A DNA stretch of 62,701 bases, filler included, from Asterionella formosa (Eukaryota), in assembly GCA_002256025.1 (NCBI GenBank). It is 4 parts of 4 records of this genome, joined end to end, with 100 filler letters (N's around TTAATTAATTAA, not from the genome) between each part and the next. Parts side by side here need not be neighbours in the genome. Positions count along the whole stretch, not along the records: positions 1 to 29,380 come from NKIB01001040.1; positions 29,481 to 58,823 come from NKIB01001041.1; 2 more parts are not named here. The stretch is one strand, 5' to 3'. The notes beneath the pieces were generated by a model, which saw only the letters and a list, made by a program, of their open reading frames with translations, had not been told where the DNA came from and did not search any database. Positions 25,991 through 35,356 of this stretch are shown in pieces (position 1 is the stretch's first letter; each line of letters begins with the position of its first letter). Position numbers and translations under genes: made by a program.

Positions 25991-26929
25991 AACATTCAAG
26001 GACCTTTCCTCAGAAACCGACGCCCTTGTTACTTCCTTCTCCCAAGCTATTAAAAAAAAATCAAGCTTACTTCAGCACTCGAACTCAAAACCACGAAGAT
26101 CGCAATTGCATCTCATATTCTTGAAAGTCTAACTATCTTAGCTAAAGGCAGCATCTTAACAATCACCACGGAAAGTACCATCTCCAATGAAATGATACTA
26201 GATGTGATCAAAACAGTCAAGTGCAAACCAGCGATTCAAGAACTACTAGTCAACGCTGATACAATTAATGCCGCAACTTAACTCTATGATCTCCTTCCTC
26301 CAACAGTTTATACTCAAGACCAACTACAGCTTTTGTCACAATCCAACTTACAAATCAACCTAAAGTCAACAATCGTTCAAACAGTCATCCCAACGTTCAA
26401 ACAATCGATTCTACATATGTAAATCAATTCACGCAACGCATTTGATCAAACAAACATAATCAACAAGCAGAAACTCCGTATGGAATCCTTCTCCAAAATG
26501 ACACTTTTTGACAATACTACTACATTATTGACTATGGAATTCGACAAAGAACACAGCGTAGAGCCCAACCAACTCTCCAAATTAATCAATGATAAAGTAA
26601 ACAAAGCCACACTATCAATGAGAAAAGAGCTTGCTAAAACTTAAGGAAACATCAACACCAAAAAACACCTCAAGAGGGGCAACCGATACAACCGACACAA
26701 CAGTCAAACCTGGAAAGAAATCAACAAACAAAACAACCAAGACAACTTCAAGAAAGAAAACAGACCAAAGCGCCTCACAAAAAAAGAAAAAAACAACCGG
26801 TCAACAACATAACCATTGACTCCAAAAACAAAGCCGATGTTATAGACTCAGATACCTCGACAGAGAACAAAAAACTCTCCAAAAAACTGACAAAAAAGAA
26901 GAAGACGAAATAGCTAAGAAACATCATTA

Positions 26930-28420
26930 ATTGTTTTCCGTTGCGATAAAAACCTTGGTCCAGCCATTTTATGAACGATCTCGATACATCAACATGGCTC
27001 TCAATGACCATCTCCTAAACAAAAATATCTATCGACAAATTTCTGAACAACAAGCTGAAGGAAGGATAAAGGCAATCACCAAACTGACTACGAACTTTAG
27101 TCTTAAACACTTCAAACCTAAGGAAACAACATCAACGTTCCTTAACCGTTCCCTACAAACAAAAGACCCATTTGCATACTTCTACTTACTGGCGAAAATA
27201 CATAAGACACCGCTAACAACCCGGCCCATCATCATTGTGAGTGGAAGTATCTGCCATGGTCTAGGCAAATGGACTGATGTCAGTCTTCAAAAAATCACTC
27301 AACATCTCCCATTTACCCTTTCAAGCTCCTTCAAGCTTGTCCATGATATTCGCTCCATTAATAACGTCTCAACAACCGCAACCTTATTTACCATGGACGC
27401 AATCTCTATGTACACTAACATAGACACAACCCACACTCTTTCCGTCATTAATAAATTCCTATGAATTGACAGACCAGACATCTGCCTCAACGAAGATATT
27501 AATATTTATGCACTCATAAATGCACTCGAAATTATCATGCGAGATAACATTTTTAAATTCGAAAATACATACTGGATCCAAACATCTGGAACAGCTATGG
27601 GGACACCTCCGGCACCAACATATGCCACCCTCTATTTTGCAATTCACGAAATACAAACCATCCCAACCTTTCCACAAATATCCTTCTACAGAAGGTAAAT
27701 TGATGATTGTTTTATAATCTGAGTCCCTACATCAACTACCCATATCGAGGATCAAAAATCACACAACTCGTTTATCAGCTTGATGAATAATTTTGGCACA
27801 CTAAAATGGAATGCAGAACCACGGAGATTATCAACAACTTTCCTGGATCTCACTATTTCTATCAATCAACACACCCGTTCTATTGATACAACACTATTAT
27901 AGAAATCTATGAATCCCTATCTCTACATACCACAACATAGCGCACACCCTCCCGGTGTCCTTCGCGGTATTATTGCAGGCATGATCCGCCGAATCTACCA
28001 TTTAACAACGGTCGAGACACATTTTAAAACTGCAATCCATTCTTTTTACAACCGCTTACATGTCCAAGGTTATTCTGCTAAAACCCTTATACCCATCTTT
28101 AATACATACATCAAACAATTATGTATTAACAAATCGGACACCACCAACACGGCCACTCAAAGAACGGACACAAACACAGAGCAATGTGTGTTCCTCCACA
28201 TGCCATTTCATCCGAACAACCCTCCATCATCTCACATACAACGCATCTTCCAAGACACTATATTTTCCCCGAAGAAAGAACCAACTCTTACTTCACTACG
28301 GAATTTTCTCCGGAAATCAATGTACTATGCAAAGGTTGATAATTGCTTATAATCGCCCTAAAAATATTGGTAATTATACATCACCACGGAAACTGAGATC
28401 GGAAACCACTTCAGTCAGTA
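26930..28420 (+). pseudogene. PLE reverse transcriptase pseudogene
   Basis: In-frame stops at 27462, 27696 (Tyr of YIDD) and 27720; frameshifts near 26970 and 28310. Confidence 0.85.
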
Positions 28421-28617
28421 CTCACCTACTTACAACGCAAATTGATAGCAAACAGAAAACATCAACGCCAACCAGGTCCATGCTACCAGGTACCAGGTGC
28501 CCTCCACCTCCACTCTCAATACCGCTTCAACTCCTGGTGCATTTTCACAGCCAAACACGTCTGTACACCCCCCCCCGGCACGCACCAGGACCACAACAAA
28601 ACATTACTACAGATGCA

Positions 28618-28676
28618 TGCCAACTGATGAAGCCCCTTCAGGCGAAAAGTAACATTAGTCTCATTACTTTTTGGCA
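28618..28676 (+). ncRNA. Type I hammerhead ribozyme motif
   Basis: Stem I TGCCAA/TTGGCA; core CTGATGA; stem II GCC-CCTTCA-GGC; GAAA; stem III AAGTAA/TTACTT; NUH triplet UUU at 28668-28670. Confidence 0.8.
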
Positions 28677-28720
28677 ACTTAAGTAGTCACCTCATCGTCG
28701 CTGGATAATAGTCATTGTAG

Positions 28721-28752
28721 CCCTCACCCCTAACCTAACCCTAACCCTAACC
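28721..28752 (+). repeat. Interstitial telomeric repeat (CCCTAA)n, imperfect
   Basis: CCCTCACCCCTAACCTAACCCTAACCCTAACC. Confidence 0.85.
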
Positions 28753-29007
28753 GGCGTACAAGCCGAGCACGCAAGGAATGGACTCTGTCCTTATCATCCA
28801 GACATTCAGCTTCGCAAAGAGAATCTGTCTGGAGTTTTGAAGACTGTGCGAATAAAGACGAGAAAGTCCAAGTCAAAAACAAAAAATTACCACTAATTGA
28901 TAATCAAAATATAACAGATTTCGTTATTACAAAAATAAATAATAATTGATCCTCTTATAATTACCATAGAAACCATTTCCCACGTTGGGTCAATATGAGT
29001 AGTGCTC

Positions 29008-29380
29008 CTATAAGTTTTTCTTATACGTGGCATTGGAGTTCTGAAGTCCAGAAAAACAAGATTCTTGCACCTTAGCATTGGAGGAATGAGTCTTCATTGT
29101 AGAGAGAGTCGTAATGATACCTCCTGCATCAGCAATCGTCACCTGGTTCTTGTCAATATTCGCAGACAAGCACAGAAGTGCTCCACAACCATTCTCTTGC
29201 ACCTTAGCATTGGAGGAATGAGTCTTCATTTCAGACAGAATCGTAGCGATACCTCGTGCTTCAGCAATCATCACCTTGTTCTTGTCATTATTCTCAGCCA
29301 AGTTCCTAAGTGCTCCACAACCATAGTGTTGAACATTAGCATTTGAGGAATGAGCCTTCATTGCAGACAGAATCCTAATG
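29008..29380 (-). CDS. Armadillo-repeat protein, 3' fragment (5' part lost in gap)
   Basis: 44-aa/132-nt tandem units MK.HSSNA.VQ..GCGAL..L..N.DKN.V.IA.A.GI. Confidence 0.75.
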
Positions 29381-29480
29381 NNNNNNNNNNNNNNNNNNNN
29401 NNNNNNNNNNNNNNNNNNNNNNNNTTAATTAATTAANNNNNNNNNNNNNNNNNNNNNNNNNNNNNNNNNNNNNNNNNNNN
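29381..29480. other. Assembly gap with artificial TTAATTAATTAA spacer
   Basis: N-run, TTAATTAATTAA, N-run; identical structure at 58824-58923 and 60763-60862. Confidence 0.95.
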
Positions 29481-30400
29481 TTGATGCCATTGCTAAATAC
29501 AATGTTATCTACTCTACAATCATCTGTGATGATGATTCTACAATTCAAGCTTTCTCCAAATGGTCCTAAAAGGAATTATCAAATCTACAGTCTGACTTTC
29601 AATGGCCAAGGACATTAAATGGTAAAAACACCCGACAAAGGATGCTTTCCACTACACATTCCAGAACCAAGGTATCTTTCCGATCCATTGTACAGGATCC
29701 GCATTCTTCTCCGCCGTGCCTTTCTCAAATCCAATGGCCCAGTCTGTGTAGAGCGACCTTCCAAAGCAGATTGTCTCCAACTAAAGATTTATTATGGAGC
29801 ATGGATTAAAAAAAACGGAACCTCTCTCTAACCGATTTCACGGACTCCTCCAAAGCACCAATCAACCACTTGTTTGGTTGCCACGACTACTGCTCTGAGT
29901 CATGGTGTCCTGTAAAGTCTGGAAAAAGTGTTAGTAACGGAAAATATCATGACAAGGAAAATGAAACGAAATTATACGAATGGTTAATGTGGCAAGAAAA
30001 GTCGAAGGAGAAAAGCTCCTTTCATTGTATCATCCCTTCGATACACAGGTGAATGAGGGAATGAGCAATGCAGTGTCACAACGATGTCCAAAGAACAAAG
30101 TGTTTGCAGGATCTGCTGGTCTAAAATACAGAGTGGCATCAGTTGCCAGATAACAAACACAATGAGTCACAAAATACAATGAAGATGCATACAAACGATG
30201 TGGAGTGAAAATGTCCCAACGCAAGAATCCTTCTGGAAACAGAAGGAAAAGCGACAGAACGATGGTGCAGCCTAAAAAGCGCAATTCCATCGGAAATGGA
30301 AACGAAACGAAAAAATTAATGCCGCACAATTTGAAGCTGTCAAACAAGGAAGGCACGACAATAAAACTAGAAAGACTTACAGCTCTGGGGTGGCTTTGTT
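29481..30400 (+). pseudogene. Mutator-like transposase remnant
   Basis: IICDDDSTI, HLFGCHDYCSESWCP and HPFDTQVNEG...PKNKVF motifs across frameshifts and stops. Confidence 0.7.
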
Positions 30401-30872
30401 AGAAGACCAAGATTAGGAGGCTACAACAAAGAATGCAAATGCGCAATGCAAACATTGCGGCCGGAATGATCATCAGAGAAAAAGCAGCACACTCTGTCCA
30501 TTCTTTCAAGGCAAAGCGAATCATAGTACCAGTACTGGTATTACATGTGCATGCAGTGTGGCCGGCATAAGTTTGCAACGCCCTGCACATCAGGCAAATC
30601 AAATGGACATAAGTAATTCATGTTGACCAATCATATTGTATATGTGGAAGCGGGCACTTACAATGGAATTTGCTGGACAGGAGATTTTAGGACTAAAAAT
30701 TTCCGGCACATGACTACTATTCCGATGATGACGTTTCGGCTCATAGTAATTCTGATTCCGATATTTTGGCAACCGTAGAAAAGGCCGATTTTGTCGAATT
30801 TTTCGACAACAATAGCTCAGCGTTGGCTGGGTCTGAAGGCGATCTAGATACATAGGTAGCTTTGAAATAGCA

Positions 30873-31024
30873 TCAGTGTATAACTTCTGGCGAGAAACTG
30901 CAGAAAGGAACTTGTTTTTTACTATGCCAAATAAACAGATTTCCCCCGAATTTACAAGTCATTTTAGCATAGTTAAAAAAACCGAAGTTCCTTTCTGCAG
31001 TTTCTGACCAGATCCTATATACTG
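30873..31024. repeat. Long hairpin / inverted repeat
   Basis: AGAAACTGCAGAAAGGAACTT...TACTATGC pairs with GCATAGT...AAGTTCCTTTCTGCAGTTTCT; ~60-bp arms. Confidence 0.8.
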
Positions 31025-31339
31025 ACAATATATAGAGTGGACCTACACCCCTACTTTGTATGAAGACTGTATGTATGCATATGGAAAGGGTGTGTATTGG
31101 TGAAAGCTCCGTTGAGCGTTATCCAATTTTGATTTTTATGTGGAAAGCATGTGTTTGATTAGTCTGACTCAATATTTTTTTTACCCTACCTCGAGCTAGG
31201 GGTTCAAAAGCAGCAACCTTAAGCTATCTTTATCCTAAATTATATTGTTTATTTAAGCCAAATGACCGCATCTTGCTACGTAGGTACCAGGTACCGTGTG
31301 AAGTATCTAACTAGAAGTAGTAGTATTTGTTGAATATAT

Positions 31340-32310
31340 GAGCACGAAATTCAATCGCTTGGGTAGCCACTGTTATCTTCCATGGACCAATTAAATCTAC
31401 TGCGACTTCTGACCATGGTAATAACAATGCATTCCTGGGTGGAAGTTCACCAAAACCAGTACCAGGTAATTTTGTACGTTGACATGCTTCACATACTGTT
31501 ACAATATGTTCCACTCTTGCTTTTGATGTAGGGTGATAAAAATGTGTAGCAATTGTAGCATTTAATCTTTTCATACCAACATGAGCTAAAATCTGATGAT
31601 ACCAATTAATAATAGGATCCAATAGTGATGTATGAATAGCAATATGCCAAGTCTCTCCTGGATTCTTCACAAAACATATTAAATGTATATAATGAAATTG
31701 ATAGAGGGAAATTTTAACGATGTGTTTGTTGATTGAGAATGAGATGTGTTCTTTGATTTAGAATCAATTTTATATCCAGAAATTTTCTATCATGTATTGA
31801 ATTATTTTCCAGAGGATATTGAATATTGTCTGCCAAGATTAGATGATTGAGGAAACAGGTAAACAGAGGTTCATCATCTAATTCAATTGAGAAAGTAGAA
31901 GTGGATGTTGATGCTGAAGATTTCGGCCCAATATCATCCCCCACCAAAGACTAAAGCCTCGGGAGGCGAGAGATAGAATCTGTAATACTAGTTAGCATTT
32001 TCAGTACCCTTTCACATCGTGAAAAGTAAGAAGAAGATATTATTCAATATAAAGCCTCCACCGCCGTAGAAGACGTTGAGTGTCTGTGTAGGATATTATT
32101 TAAAAAGTCCAAGGCTCAGTGTGAACATGTAGAACCGCATTCAATGACATAGAGCGAAATTCTTTGAAAGTTTCTTAAATGAAAATCAGAAACATCAGTA
32201 AAAATATGGAAAGGAAAATTACGATCAGGATAACGCATGAGTGTATCTGCAAATAGCAATGCTTTCATTCTTTCAAAAGCTTGTTGACCAAACAAATGGA
32301 CCAGTCCCAT
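31340..32310 (-). mobile_element. Ty3/Gypsy LTR retrotransposon pol remnant (RNase H to integrase)
   Basis: MRYPDRNFPFHIFTDVSD; integrase Zn-finger WYHQILAHVG...C..CQ; PWSEVAVDLIGPW. Confidence 0.85.
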
Positions 32311-34233
32311 TTAAATCTCTTTTTAATTTTGAAGACCAAAATTTGAGGTCGGTTTGAGTTTTTTGATATCCCAATGAGTCAGTTTCTTCAACAGAACATT
32401 TCATTTTGGAATTGTGCTTGATGACTTGTGGTTAAATACATTTATTTCAGCCATAACAGCAGCGTTCCGTATCTGTACAGTTTGCAGCTTTAATGTTCCA
32501 TGTGTAAACATAATCCTTGATAGGTGTATCAAAATATAACAATCCATTATGTAAATGTTCTGTATCATTATAGGAATCAATGACATGCAGAAAAACACTG
32601 ATATGTCCACGACAAAGGACATGGTATTTTGTACAAAATCCATCATAAGTTAATCAGCTGGACACATGAGTAAACTTGCAGAATGTACTAAGACCAGGTA
32701 CTTCTGTTGCAGGATACAAGCTGACGGATTAATTTTGGAAGCATCATGCATGTTTTATGAAAGAGTACTGGCAAAGGAAGAAAAGTTGGGATCATACCTG
32801 CTATGCATGGTATATATTAATTATAAATGTTCGATTTACAACGAAATGTCCTGAAGTACAATCCATTCATATGTTAAAGATCAGGACCCACCGCAATCGA
32901 ATAACATTCATCTAATGTCATGAATATACAACGCAGCCACCAATTCTTGGTTTGCTAATGACATGGGAATGAAATGCAAATAAGCTTATGCATTCATAGG
33001 CAAAGAAAGAATGAGACCGGAATCAGGTCTTGAGATGTGCATATGGAATGATACATTGAAGCTATCTTTGCATTTTAAGATATCCCGTGTTACAATAGCG
33101 GTGATATCCAACGTGTAATTATCCTGTACATAACAAAAGTTATTCAGGGAATGATTGACGTAAGACATATTCAATGTGCTGTCGCTCATAAACATAAATA
33201 CATGTATATTATTAAAATCATAGCATTGTTGCTATTGTCGCTCTGTTAAGGCGATCTATTCAGCATTCTGCTGGTTTTTAGTAGGCACATCGGCCACTAA
33301 CTGACCAATGGGAGGGTTCATGACCACTAAAATTTCCTGGGCAGATTCATAAAATTCGGCAGCTATGTCCCTTGGCACAGTAACCTAACCAGAAATCATC
33401 ATAGGGTTAACCCATGGATTTTCTTGTATAAAGCATATCTTTGCTGTAAGACTCCAAATGTCGACCTGGCTTATAAGGATACACAAAGAGGTTTGAATCT
33501 TGATTGATTTCAGTAAATCCTGTGATATGGCTAACACATATATCTTCAGTCCAGCAGGTTTCTTGCTTGTTCTCCTATTGCTACAGAATATGCCTTATTG
33601 ATATCACCTTGTCTGACTGGATGAGCGTTGCAATGCACCCAGATACTCAGTCCTATGACAGTCTCTACAAAATCATGGCGAGGTGGCTGAAGCAATATTG
33701 TACTCATGACATGTTCCTTTGAAGGTCAGCATCAGCGGATGTGGATTTTCTGATAAAACTCGATAAAACCGTTCAACGTGCTGTTGATGAATGTCACTGC
33801 CTGTCTCAAGACCTTACAGAAGTTCCTAAAACTCATGATAATTCTGGTCCCCTGAGCGTCAATTGATCATATCTTTGCTGTAAGACTCCAAATGTTGACC
33901 TGGCTTATAAGGAAACACAAAGAGGTTTGAATCTTGATGATAAGTATGCTGCTATCCTTCATCAATGGGACCACAACTGGAACTTGACAGGACATCAACA
34001 TTATTAATTCTAATTGGACTCTTTTTGAATTCAAAGTGAAGTATCTAACTAGTAGTAGTAGTATTTGTTGAATATATGAGCTAATTAATCTTATGTACAG
34101 TTTGTTTCCCAAGTTGACATCAAAGTAAACAATAGGTGTTAGTCAAGTACTGATATATTTGATATAACCCTAACTTTATATACATCTGTATTGATGCGCA
34201 AGATCGCTCACCTTGTACCTGGTACCAGGTGTC

Positions 34234-34690
34234 NNNNNNNNNNNNNNNNNNNNNNNNNNNNNNNNNNNNNNNNNNNNNNNNNNNNNNNNNNNNNNNNNNN
34301 NNNNNNNNNNNNNNNNNNNNNNNNNNNNNNNNNNNNNNNNNNNNNNNNNNNNNNNNNNNNNNNNNNNNNNNNNNNNNNNNNNNNNNNNNNNNNNNNNNNN
34401 NNNNNNNNNNNNNNNNNNNNNNNNNNNNNNNNNNNNNNNNNNNNNNNNNNNNNNNNNNNNNNNNNNNNNNNNNNNNNNNNNNNNNNNNNNNNNNNNNNNN
34501 NNNNNNNNNNNNNNNNNNNNNNNNNNNNNNNNNNNNNNNNNNNNNNNNNNNNNNNNNNNNNNNNNNNNNNNNNNNNNNNNNNNNNNNNNNNNNNNNNNNN
34601 NNNNNNNNNNNNNNNNNNNNNNNNNNNNNNNNNNNNNNNNNNNNNNNNNNNNNNNNNNNNNNNNNNNNNNNNNNNNNNNNNNNNNNNNNN
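34234..34690. other. Assembly gap
   Basis: N-run. Confidence 0.99.
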
Positions 34691-35356
34691 NATACACTGA
34701 ATCGAAACTGATTACTTATCCGTTGAGTATATATAGTGAATCGTCGAACATACGCTTCGTACTTGCATCAGGTCGATTGATAAATTCAATAAATTTTTTC
34801 AGTCGGAAGATGGAGTAAAATAACGGTGGCTTCCAGTTTTTAACTGGTACCTTTACATGGTGCTCCTACCAGGTAACCTGGTTACCTGGTATACCACTGC
34901 TTTTTAACCGGAATTTGTACTGGCGTAAATGACCGGTAATTATAGAAAAAAAATTATCACACGACTGATGGCGAGATTTCCTGATCTTGAACATCCAGTG
35001 ATGAGGATACATCATAAGAAGCACATACAATTAATTAGCGGAGGGAATTCTCTAACGAATGAGAAAATCGCAGAAAAAAAACGATCAGTATCGTCGTGTG
35101 TGTTATCGGCAATCCGGTCTCGAAACAAAGAGGTGCTGCTTCATGGTGATTACAAACAATAAACCCCTGATACTTTTACAGGTTTACTTTAAGCAGTATA
35201 CGAAGCAGAGGGAAATTTCCTGTTTAGGGGGTTGCGCATGTATTATTTAACAAGTTCGCAATCGCCTATTATCAAGAGATCACAGATTGAAAACAATCTT
35301 CTTGATTGAGTGTGTAACCCAGCGCAAACGATATTGCGGCTTGCCCCTTGTTGAGA

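Larger units (their letters stand above)
25966..28752 (+). mobile_element. Endonuclease-deficient Penelope-like retroelement (Athena/Coprina-type), decayed
   Basis: RT motifs [69 protein letters not shown] and IAYNRPKN; no GIY-YIG domain; upstream ORF1-like remnant; telomeric repeats at both ends. Confidence 0.88.

Noticed and set aside
26930..28420. Telomerase (TERT) gene, suggested by RT next to telomeric repeats
   Set aside because: Motifs are PLE-type (GTAMG, YIPxxSAHP), no TERT T-motif/TRBD is seen, and the frame is disrupted
28531..28565. Second hammerhead-like remnant (CTGGTG...GCCAAACACGTCTG)
   Set aside because: Core and stems too degenerate to support
29425..29436. TTAATTAATTAA motif repeated three times in the window
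   Set aside because: Always centred in N-runs; an artificial six-frame-stop scaffold linker
34165..34174. TAACCCTAAC telomere-like word
   Set aside because: About 1.5 units, expected by chance
34176..34818. ORFs made of X residues
   Set aside because: Artefacts of the N gap
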